Counted from the first letter of the stretch, positions 8,536-16,732 are shown. The stretch: DNA of 64,000 nucleotides from Desulfuromonadales bacterium GWC2_61_20 (GCA_001799485.1 MGTO01000065.1:220-64219), one strand, 5' to 3'. Notes: a model not told the origin generated them from the sequence alone. Program-made: numbers and translations.

Positions 8536-10995
8536 TTACAGATTCCGTCCCCAGATTCGTCCCTCCTGGCGTCCGGTCGTGAAGACCACCAGCAGGGCCA
8601 GGGCGTAGATCGCTTCACCGCAGAGGAGGGTGACGATGAAACCGAAGTTCATGGCGACGATGACCGCGACGATGGCTCCGAGGACGCTGGTGGCGCTGTT
8701 GATCCCCCAGCTCCACGGCACCAGTTGGCCGTCTGCGTGGAGGAGGCGCAGGCCGAGGGGCATCGGCATCCCCATGAGCAGGCCCAAGGGGGCCAGCAGG
8801 AGTACGGCAACCACGCAGCGCCAGAGTTCGCCAAGGGTCAAAAGGGCGCCGAGAAGTGGGCCGAGACCGAAGATGTAGAGGTTGGAGAGCAAGAGGAGTG
8901 CCAAGAGAACCCGCACCAGCATGGCGCGCTCGGCGCCGCGCCCGACCCGGTCGCTAAGGAGGCTGCCGAGGCCGGAGAAAACCAGGAGCGAAAAGAGAAT
9001 GATGGCCAGGGCATAGATCGGCGGGCCGAGGAAGAGGACAAAGCGCCGCATCAGGCCGATCTCGATGAGCATGTAACCGAGACCGAGGCAGGCGAAATAG
9101 AGGATGCGCCGGCCGCTCCCTTGACGACTGAGACCCGCACGCTGCCAGATCAGCAGCGGCAGACAGATGAAAACGACGACAAAGCCGGAGACGACGAGGA
9201 GGAGGTTGCGCAGGGTGAGGACGGCGCGGTCTTCGAACTGGCTCTGTTGCGGAAAGGCGAAGAGGCGGAGGAAATCGGCCGGTTTGAACATGTAGTAGAA
9301 GAACGGCCGGTCGTCGGTGGTCGGGGTGATATCGAAGGGAAAGGTGCGATAGAACGCGTCGCTGCCGCCGGAGTTGATGAGCTTGCCGAAGACCCCTTCG
9401 GCGGCTTCGCGGCGGTCGGGGAGGAAGACTATTTCGAATTCGCGCTCGGCGGCCAGCTGACGCAGCTGGGCCAGCTCCGCCGTCGTGAAGGGGGTGCGTT
9501 TGAGCATGAAATTGGCCAGCCCGCGCTCCTTGATGATGGCAAGGTGACTGGCGGGATCGGCCACCCCCTGTTCCTTGAGCAAGGCCAGGCCGAGGGAGAC
9601 GAGGCGCAAGGTCTCCCGCTCGAAGATGAAACGGGAGATGGTCAGAATTCCGTCAGGGGTGAGGTGCTGCCAGTAGTCGCGGAAGCCCTCCAGGGTGTAG
9701 AGGGTGTTTTCCGACAGGGTAAAGGCGCCGGCGGCCGGGGCCATGCGGCCGAAGACCGCCGAGGCCTGGATGATGTCGTACTGCACCGGCGAGCGGCGGA
9801 TATAGCTGCGCCCCTCGTCGACCGCGACGGTGACGCCGGGGCGTCGGTAGAGTTCGCCGGTGAAGGCGCCGAAATGGTCGTTGACCGCCTCGACGATGAG
9901 GTTGTTGACCTCGACGGCCGTGACCGGACCGGCATCCATGGCCAGGGCGGTGAGAACATCCTTGCCGCCACCGGGACCGATGATGAGACTGACTGGTTGC
10001 TCCTTCAGGGCATAGGGAAGAGCAATGACGTTGGCGCGAAAGAAGTCGCGGGTCCTCTCCCCCTCCCAGCGGTACATGGTGGTGTAGCCGGTGTCGTCGA
10101 CGACCATGCCGAGCTGTTCCGGCACCGGTCCCTGGTAGGTGCGCGACAGCCCCCACGACTGGTCCATCTCCTGACTCTGGGTCGGATAGACCGCCACCCG
10201 CGAAAAGGAGTTCCATTCGCTCCAGAGGAGGCTCGGCTCGAAGCGGCCACGGACGAAACGAATCTCGGCAAAACCGTAGAGATAATTGGCCACTCCGGCC
10301 AGGGCTAACAGGAGAACCATCCCGGCCAGTCCGACCTTGTGGATACGGGCCGTCTCTTTCGGCATGAAGGACCAGGAGGCGAGCAGGCCGATGAGACCGA
10401 TGACGAGGAGGGCGGTGATGCCGCCACAGAGCTTGAGGAGGGGAATGACCAGGAGGCAGCCGGCCCCGGCGCCGAGGAGGTCCCAGCAGTAGAGGCGGTT
10501 GATGTCATTGAGCCAGCGCGACAGGATGAGGGTGATGGCCAAACCGCTGCAGAAAAAAGGCAAGGAGGTGATCAGGTAAAGCACCGCCAGCACCGGCAGG
10601 AGTCCGGCCGGCACGCCGCGATCGTAGAAACCCTGCTGGAACGGCTGATAAAAGGGCTGGTGGAAAAAGGAGAGGACCTTGAAACCGAGCTGGGGCTGAA
10701 GGCGGAAGAGGACAAAGACCGCAAAGAAGAGAGCCACCGACAGCCCGAAGAGGGCGGCAAAACGACTACAGAGGAATTCACAGCGCTCCGCCGGAAACCA
10801 CTGCGGCTTGAGATAGACGGCAAGGGCCGCCGTCCCCATGCCGAAGAGGGCCAGCGAGATCGCCATGGAAGCGAAGTGGTACCACATGAGGACCGAAAAG
10901 ACCCGGGTCAGGACCAGTTCGTACATGAGAGTGGCGAGGCAGAGGAGAAAGAGTCCCCGGAAGATGCGGGGGGGCGGCGCGGAATGAAGGATCAT
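8536..10995 (-). CDS. Polytopic membrane protein with central spermidine/spermine-synthase-like (class I SAM-fold) domain
   Basis: ATG at 10993-10995 (ATGA overlap with upstream stop). 819 aa. Multiple hydrophobic helices at both ends. Central soluble block IIGPGGGKDVLTALAMDAGPVTAVEVNNLIVEAVNDHFG...VDEGRSYIRR...YDIIQAS resembles aminopropyltransferases. Confidence 0.7.
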   Translation of the reverse strand: MILHSAPPPRIFRGLFLLCLATLMYELVLTRVFSVLMWYHFASMAISLALFGMGTAALAVYLKPQWFPAERCEFLCSRFAALFGLSVALFFAVFVLFRLQPQLGFKVLSFFHQPFYQPFQQGFYDRGVPAGLLPVLAVLYLITSLPFFCSGLAITLILSRWLNDINRLYCWDLLGAGAGCLLVIPLLKLCGGITALLVIGLIGLLASWSFMPKETARIHKVGLAGMVLLLALAGVANYLYGFAEIRFVRGRFEPSLLWSEWNSFSRVAVYPTQSQEMDQSWGLSRTYQGPVPEQLGMVVDDTGYTTMYRWEGERTRDFFRANVIALPYALKEQPVSLIIGPGGGKDVLTALAMDAGPVTAVEVNNLIVEAVNDHFGAFTGELYRRPGVTVAVDEGRSYIRRSPVQYDIIQASAVFGRMAPAAGAFTLSENTLYTLEGFRDYWQHLTPDGILTISRFIFERETLRLVSLGLALLKEQGVADPASHLAIIKERGLANFMLKRTPFTTAELAQLRQLAAEREFEIVFLPDRREAAEGVFGKLINSGGSDAFYRTFPFDITPTTDDRPFFYYMFKPADFLRLFAFPQQSQFEDRAVLTLRNLLLVVSGFVVVFICLPLLIWQRAGLSRQGSGRRILYFACLGLGYMLIEIGLMRRFVLFLGPPIYALAIILFSLLVFSGLGSLLSDRVGRGAERAMLVRVLLALLLLSNLYIFGLGPLLGALLTLGELWRCVVAVLLLAPLGLLMGMPMPLGLRLLHADGQLVPWSWGINSATSVLGAIVAVIVAMNFGFIVTLLCGEAIYALALLVVFTTGRQEGRIWGRNL

Positions 10996-12848
10996 GGGGA
11001 TTTCTTCTTCTCGTCGGCTGAGAGCAGATCGAGGGCATGAATGCGCTGATCGCGGGCGCCGAAGATCAGCCGTCCGCCCTGGAGGAGAGGGGTCCCCTGC
11101 ATCGGCGCGCCGACGGTGAAACTGGCGAGAAGGTCGGCGCTGTCGCCGCCGAAGACCCGGAGCATCCCAGCATTGTCACCGACAACGACACGCCCGTCGG
11201 CGACCAGCGGGGTGGCATAGAAGGGGCCAAACCCGTCGCGCCGCCAGACCGTCCGGCCGCTATCGGCATCGAGGCGCCACAGGCTGCCGGCTGCCGTCGC
11301 GACAAAGAGGGCGCCGCGGTCATAGACCGGAGCACCGTACCAGCATTCCTGCTGCAGCGAGTGGCGCCACATCTCCTGACCGTTGGGGGTCAAGGCCACC
11401 AGCGTCCCGGCCCGGCTGAGGACCGCTACTCCGGCCGGCAGAAGGACCGGGCTCGACAGCAGCGGCGCATCGAGGCTGCGCTCCCAGAGCAGGCGGCCGT
11501 TCAGGTCGAGAGACCACAAGGTGCCGTCGCCCCCGCTGAGGTAGAGACGCTGGCCGTCACTGGTCGGAGTCGCCCGCAGCGGGGGGCGGGCGGTGAAACT
11601 CCAGAGCAACTTGCCGCTGGCCGGATGCAGGGCGTAGAGGGTGCCGTTCCAGCCGGGGACGAGGAGAGAGTCGCCAAGTCGCAACAGCCCCCCCTGGCGA
11701 TGGTCGTCCGCCGGCGAGGCCGGATAGGAAAAGCGCCAGCGAACCCCGCCGTCGGTGCGGTCGAGGGCGACAACCTCCCGCCCCCAGGTCTGCAGGTAGA
11801 GTCGTTCGGTGTCCACCGCCGGGGTAGCATCGATGGTCTCGCCGAGGGAACGCTGCCACAGCAGGCGACCATCCCCGGACAAGGCCCGGGCCGCCCCGTC
11901 CCACCCCGGCAGATAAAGCACGCCCTCCCGGGTGACGGCCGAGGCGTCGACAAAGCCCCCTGTCGCCAGCTCCCAGGCCGAAGTCAGGGCCACACCATCA
12001 CGGGGGCCGGTCGCCGCCAGCCACTCAGGCGCCGCTTCGATGGTCACCGTGCCAAGGGTCGCGTCGGACTTGCGGTCGTAGACCGTTGCCGCTGCCTCCT
12101 GTGCATCGGGATCTCCCCACCAGTTACGGCCGACGGCGATGTCGTGCGGAAAGAAATCGCCCAGACGCAGATTATGTCCATTATTATGGAAGTTATTGCC
12201 GGCGAGCAGGAGGGAGCGGTCGGTTTCGAAGAGGAAGATACCGGTGGCATTGCGGCGGATGATATTACCGCTGATTTCCACCGTCGAATTGCGGAAATTG
12301 ATCCCCTTGCCGCTGTTGTCCTCGATAAGGCAGCGGCGGATGACAAAGCTGCCCTGCCCCAAACGGCAGCCGTCGATATTGTTGCGGATGGTACAATCCT
12401 CGACCACGGCGCGGGTAAAATGGGCATGGAGGGTGTGGGCCGAATCACGGATTTCACAGAAACTCAGGCGGCAGTCCCGGGCAAAATCGACTCGCAGCTC
12501 CAGCCAGTCTCCCGGTTGCGGGTCGCTGGCGGCACTGCGAAAGCGGATCGGTTGCTGGCGGGAACCGACGGCGACCAGGGCACCCTCGACGATCAGTGTC
12601 CCATCGCCGAGCCCGTCCTGGTCGCGATCCTGGCGCACGAAGAGAATGTCGGTCCCCGGCGCAATGGTCAGGGTCGCCCCCTTGAAGACCTTGACTTGTC
12701 CGTCGATAATCACCGTGCCGCGCCAGAGCGTATCGACGAATATTTCCGCCGGAGCCGTCAGGGGGGCGTCTGTTCCGGAAGGGCAGCTCGGGAGACAGCC
12801 CCCGAGAAAAAGGAGGGGCAGAAACAGGCAGAGCAGGGACTTCACCAC
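10992..12848 (-). CDS. Lipoprotein fusing a parallel beta-helix domain to a PQQ-like/BamB-like beta-propeller
   Basis: GTG start (12848 or 12845) after GGAGGAG. Lipobox MVKSLLCLFLPLLFLGGC. N-cap TLWRGTVIIDGQVKVFKGATLTIAPGTDILF and GRNWWG motif. C-terminal half has repeated G-LLW/G--VWR/G-EMWR blades (DGRLLWQRS, GGVRWRF, SGKLLWSF, NGRLLWERS, GQEMWRHS, SGRTVWRR). Confidence 0.75.
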   Translation of the reverse strand: MVKSLLCLFLPLLFLGGCLPSCPSGTDAPLTAPAEIFVDTLWRGTVIIDGQVKVFKGATLTIAPGTDILFVRQDRDQDGLGDGTLIVEGALVAVGSRQQPIRFRSAASDPQPGDWLELRVDFARDCRLSFCEIRDSAHTLHAHFTRAVVEDCTIRNNIDGCRLGQGSFVIRRCLIEDNSGKGINFRNSTVEISGNIIRRNATGIFLFETDRSLLLAGNNFHNNGHNLRLGDFFPHDIAVGRNWWGDPDAQEAAATVYDRKSDATLGTVTIEAAPEWLAATGPRDGVALTSAWELATGGFVDASAVTREGVLYLPGWDGAARALSGDGRLLWQRSLGETIDATPAVDTERLYLQTWGREVVALDRTDGGVRWRFSYPASPADDHRQGGLLRLGDSLLVPGWNGTLYALHPASGKLLWSFTARPPLRATPTSDGQRLYLSGGDGTLWSLDLNGRLLWERSLDAPLLSSPVLLPAGVAVLSRAGTLVALTPNGQEMWRHSLQQECWYGAPVYDRGALFVATAAGSLWRLDADSGRTVWRRDGFGPFYATPLVADGRVVVGDNAGMLRVFGGDSADLLASFTVGAPMQGTPLLQGGRLIFGARDQRIHALDLLSADEKKKSP

Positions 12849-13906
12849 ATCTCCTCCACTACAACATCCACCCCGCGCAGCTGCTCACCGTCCTTGATCT
12901 GCAGTGCGTGATCGGGGGTTCCGGCATAGGTGCCGTAGAGGTCGCCGGGACCGGGAGCGCCGCCGAGGGTATTGCGGGCGGCCAGATAGTAGGTGCCACC
13001 ATGGGGGAAGGAAAGGACAAAGGTTCCGTCGGCGGCGCTCGGCCGCGAAACATAGAGGGGGCGATTGAGCATCTGCGCATCGCCGTAGAGGACGGCGCGG
13101 GCGTCGCGCACCGGACGACCGTCGGGATGGAGAATGCGACCGTGAATGGCCGTGTTGCCGAAGAGGTTCTCCGCCATACGCGCGATTTTTTCCGGCACTT
13201 CCAGCAGCGGAATGGCAATCCGGGCAACCTCCCCGGCGCCGACGCGCAAGGGATTCCCCGGGAAATAGCCGATGAAGTCACCGGCCTGCAACGGCCCGGT
13301 CAGGCCGCTGCCACCACGACGCAAACGCGCCAGCAGGTAGTAGGTTCCCGCCGGCAGGGAGGCTTCAAAATAGCCCGCCTCATCCGTCGGCCCGGCCATG
13401 GCGTACCCCATCCCTTTCAGTCCACCGGAGAGATCGGTGTAGATATGGATCATTGCCCCGGCCAACGGCTGATGGTCGTGAAGAACAGTTCCGGCTACAC
13501 CACTGTCGATCGTCGCGGGGGGGGAAACAGCGGCCTCACTGTCGCCTTCAGGGACAAGCCCAAGATTGATCTCGGCCAGACCGCCGGCCGGAACCGTCAC
13601 CGGATTGCGTCCATAAAAAGAAAAGTAGCCGCCGCCGCGGGCGAAGAGAAAATAGTCCCCCGGAGGCAATTCCAGCTGGAAACGGCCGTCCGCGGTGGTA
13701 AGGGGAGCATTGAACGGGGCAGGTTCCTGCAGGGAGGACCAAGTCAACGGAAAGGCCATGACCCGGACATCGGCCAGGCCGACGCCGGCGGCGGCGACCT
13801 TCCCCGCAACCGTGGTCGTGACAGATTGCACGCCACGCCCGGCGGTACACCCCGACAGCCCCACGCAGAGAAAAAATATCAGCAGTCTTCGACACATGGC
13901 GTCCAT
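12842..13906 (-). CDS. Triple carboxypeptidase-regulatory-like domain lipoprotein, paralog 4 (first gene of the operon)
   Basis: ATG at 13904-13906 (alternative ATG 13897; the track start 13939 is a GTG). Lipobox CRRLLIFFLCVGLSGC. Repeats contain PGDYFLFARGG, AGTYYLLARLR, GGTYYLAARNT. Confidence 0.7.
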   Translation of the reverse strand: MDAMCRRLLIFFLCVGLSGCTAGRGVQSVTTTVAGKVAAAGVGLADVRVMAFPLTWSSLQEPAPFNAPLTTADGRFQLELPPGDYFLFARGGGYFSFYGRNPVTVPAGGLAEINLGLVPEGDSEAAVSPPATIDSGVAGTVLHDHQPLAGAMIHIYTDLSGGLKGMGYAMAGPTDEAGYFEASLPAGTYYLLARLRRGGSGLTGPLQAGDFIGYFPGNPLRVGAGEVARIAIPLLEVPEKIARMAENLFGNTAIHGRILHPDGRPVRDARAVLYGDAQMLNRPLYVSRPSAADGTFVLSFPHGGTYYLAARNTLGGAPGPGDLYGTYAGTPDHALQIKDGEQLRGVDVVVEEMW

Positions 13907-13939
13907 TTTTAGCACTTTCCGTTCCAACTTTGCGTTCAC

Positions 13940-13979
13940 AAAAAAGGGAGAGAGGGTTGCCTGAGCAACCCTCTCTCCC
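13940..13979 (-). terminator. Rho-independent terminator downstream of the CRTAC1-like gene
   Basis: Perfect 15-bp stem GGGAGAGAGGGTTGC/GCAACCCTCTCTCCC (13946-13960/13965-13979) with a 4-nt loop. Followed on the minus strand by TTTTTT (13945-13940). Confidence 0.8.
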
Positions 13980-14006
13980 TGAGTCCCGCTGCTGATCGGT
14001 AAAACT

Positions 14007-15503
14007 TTATTTCACCAGCTGAGTCAGCATATTCGGCTTCTGCAGAGTCGGCTCGATGATTTCTAGGGTCTGACCGGTCTTGACCCCGGTCATCTTCGCC
14101 TCGATGCCGCTCGGGAAGACCGCGACGACATCATACTGCTGGGCGGCGCTGAGGCCGAAGTGGACAATCTGCGGTTCCTGGGCGCAGAAGCCGCTGGCAG
14201 AGCGGAGTTCACGCATGGCCAACTGCTTGCTCTTGCCTGTTTCGAAAACCTTGACCTTGGTGCCGTAACCGTCGCGATTGGAGACGGTGCCGGCCAGCTT
14301 GACCTTGAGCCAGTTCTTGTCGTCCTGGATGTTCTTGTAGAGCTTGTTCGGGGCACCCCAGTTGATGACATAAAGATCGAGATCACCGTCGTTGTCGATA
14401 TCGCCAAAGGCGGTGCCCTTGGTGCGGACAGTCTCACACTTCAGTACCGGCTGGCTGTCGACGACATTGGTGAAGTTCCCTTTGCCGTCGTTGAGATACA
14501 GCTGGTTGGCCAGCTTGCAGTCGCCCTCGTAAAGGTCGACATCGCCATCGTGATCGATATCGCCGAAGGTCGGCCCTTTGCCCCAACCGTCGTGGGAACC
14601 CTTGATCTGGCTGGTGGCCTTGGCGAAACCCCCCTTGCCATCGTTGAGATACAGGTTGTTCGGCCCGACGTAGTTGGAAACGAAAAGATCCTGGTCGCCG
14701 TCATTATCGACATCGGCGAAAGCAGCGCCGAGACCCCAGTTCGGATCCTCGACCCCGGCCTTCTTGGTGGTGTCGGTGAAGGTGCCGTTACCGTTGTTGA
14801 TATAGAGCTTGTTCGGTTCTCCGACAGGATAACGGCCATTGACGACATAGAGATCAACGAAGTTGTCGTTGTTGACGTCGGCCCAGACCCCCATCCAGCT
14901 CCAGGAGCGGTCGCCGACCCCGGCCATATCGGTCACGTCGCTGAAGGTGCCGTTGCCGTTATTGCGGTAGAGCACATTCTTCGAACCGGGACCGTAGGTG
15001 GCGCAATAGAGATCGAGATTGCCATCGTTGTCGAAATCGGCGAAAGAGGCCCCGTAGGTGAAAGCCTTGAGGCCGACCCCGGCCGTCGCGGTCACATCGG
15101 TGAAGGTATTGTCGCCGTTGTTGTGAAAGAGACGGTTGCCGTCAAGCTCGTACTGGCCGCCCCGGGCGAGATAGAGGTCGATATGGCCGTCGTTGTCGTA
15201 GTCGCCAAAGACGCTGCCGAGGGTAAAGCCCGGGTCATCGATACCCTTGCCGGCCTTGGCGGTGATGTCCTCGAAGGTGCCGTTCCCCTTGTTCAGGTAG
15301 AGCTTGTTGGCGCCCCCCTTGTTGGAAACGTAGATATCCACGAAACCGTCATTGTTGATGTCGGCAAAAGCCACACCTTTGCCGAGGCCGTCATCGGCGA
15401 CGCCGGCGGCGACGGAGACATCGACAAACTCCTTGGCACCGGCAATCCCGGCCACCAGAGTGAGTCCACAAACCAGCATCAGACCCATCATTTTTTTCGC
15501 CAT
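14007..15503 (-). CDS. CRTAC1-family secreted protein (FG-GAP/VCBS repeats plus ASPIC/UnbV C-terminal domain)
   Basis: ATG at 15501-15503 after AAGGAGAG. Signal MAKKMMGLMLVCGLTLVAGIAGA. About eight repeats of F-D-[DIV]-[DN]-N-DG--D-Y (FADINNDGFVDIY, FGDYDNDGHIDLY, FADFDNDGNLDLY ...). C-terminal WLKVKLAGTVSNRDGYGTKVKV... matches UnbV/ASPIC. Confidence 0.8.
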   Translation of the reverse strand: MAKKMMGLMLVCGLTLVAGIAGAKEFVDVSVAAGVADDGLGKGVAFADINNDGFVDIYVSNKGGANKLYLNKGNGTFEDITAKAGKGIDDPGFTLGSVFGDYDNDGHIDLYLARGGQYELDGNRLFHNNGDNTFTDVTATAGVGLKAFTYGASFADFDNDGNLDLYCATYGPGSKNVLYRNNGNGTFSDVTDMAGVGDRSWSWMGVWADVNNDNFVDLYVVNGRYPVGEPNKLYINNGNGTFTDTTKKAGVEDPNWGLGAAFADVDNDGDQDLFVSNYVGPNNLYLNDGKGGFAKATSQIKGSHDGWGKGPTFGDIDHDGDVDLYEGDCKLANQLYLNDGKGNFTNVVDSQPVLKCETVRTKGTAFGDIDNDGDLDLYVINWGAPNKLYKNIQDDKNWLKVKLAGTVSNRDGYGTKVKVFETGKSKQLAMRELRSASGFCAQEPQIVHFGLSAAQQYDVVAVFPSGIEAKMTGVKTGQTLEIIEPTLQKPNMLTQLVK

Positions 15504-15775
15504 TGCTTCTCTCCTTTTCACCAAAAACCCAGGTTAAATGCCCCAGTCGCTGCGTGAATTTACCAAGCAAAGAAAAAGTCCATAGTAATCGATAGCTTTA
15601 TACCATTTCCGCGGCTGACGTCAACAACGTCTGAACGATAATCCTGCTGCCGGTCCAAGTCTTATGACGTAGAAATGCCTCGAATTGGAAGGTGTGACGC
15701 TAATATGCAATAAACAGACCCAGACAGTTCAGGCAGAAACTCGTCACCTTGCGGCGACAAGCGGTCAAAACTCCA

Positions 15776-16732
15776 TCACAATGCCAGTTGAAGTGCCCAG
15801 CCGAGGCTGACGCTGACCAGCAAGGCCGTCAACAAGAAAACGATGACCACCCGCCGGCGGAACATCCCCCACAACGCCACGATGGCCGGCAGACTGGTGA
15901 CCGGCCCCGCCAGCAACAGGGTCAGGGCGGCGCCGTGATCCATGCCGCGCTCCAGCAAACCGGCGAGAATGGGAATGATGGGAATCTGATTGGCCGGCAG
16001 CGGCAGGCCGGCAAGCGCGGCCGCCAGCACCGACCAGATATGTTTTCCCCCGACCAGAACCAGGAGCCATGATGTCGGTACCAGGGTGACGATGACCGCT
16101 TCAAGGACGATGGCGAGGAGGAGCCATTTGCCGACAAAGAGCCCGGCATCGAGGGTGCGATCGAGGATGAAACGGAGGCGGCTGGCGCGGGGGATGATGG
16201 TCATGGTCGGCACCGTCACTCCTCCCGCCTGGCCGATTTCGTAGGCGCTGGCCAGGGTGCCGTCCTCCCGGTAGAGCGGCTTGAGGCGGACCATGTCCCC
16301 GGCGAGATAACCACGCCGCACCAGCACTTCGCTGACAAGGCCGACCGTCAACCCGAGAATGGCGGCGCCGACCAGCTTGTACAGCGCCCACTCGGGGCCG
16401 AGGCCGCGATAGGTCAGGAGCAGGGCATCGGGGCTCATTACCGGCGAGGTGGCCAGCAGCGCCAACAACGGCGGGAGCGGGGTACCGAGCATGGCCAGAG
16501 AAATGATGATCGGGAGGATGCCGCAAGCGCACAGGGGCGAGACCATGCCGACAAGAATCGCCAGAAAAATCCCCAGCCAGCCGGCGCGGTTGATGGAATT
16601 TCTGATTTTCAGATCAAGGCGGTAGCCCTTGATGATCCCGACCAGGGCGATGGAAAGGAGAAAGAACCACCACATGCGGCCAATCTCGTCGCCGACGACC
16701 TCGAGCAGGCGCAACAATAACGATTCGGTCAT
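15776..16732 (-). CDS. Permease of the COG0701/ArsP-like family with a vicinal-cysteine motif
   Basis: ATG at 16730-16732 (ATGA overlap with upstream stop). About 10 hydrophobic helices. Motif MVSPLCACGILPII is typical of this permease family. Confidence 0.65.
   Translation of the reverse strand: MTESLLLRLLEVVGDEIGRMWWFFLLSIALVGIIKGYRLDLKIRNSINRAGWLGIFLAILVGMVSPLCACGILPIIISLAMLGTPLPPLLALLATSPVMSPDALLLTYRGLGPEWALYKLVGAAILGLTVGLVSEVLVRRGYLAGDMVRLKPLYREDGTLASAYEIGQAGGVTVPTMTIIPRASRLRFILDRTLDAGLFVGKWLLLAIVLEAVIVTLVPTSWLLVLVGGKHIWSVLAAALAGLPLPANQIPIIPILAGLLERGMDHGAALTLLLAGPVTSLPAIVALWGMFRRRVVIVFLLTALLVSVSLGWALQLAL

Noticed and set aside
307-15557. Many long plus-strand ORFs across the first 15.5 kb (for example 307..960, 1641..2495, 2450..3727, 4469..6322, 8458..10308, 11037..12911, 12908..13912, 14160..15557).
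   Set aside because: They lie antisense to well-supported minus-strand genes. Their products are low-complexity and Arg/Gly/Pro/Asp-rich with no family resemblance. They are typical shadow ORFs of GC-rich coding DNA.
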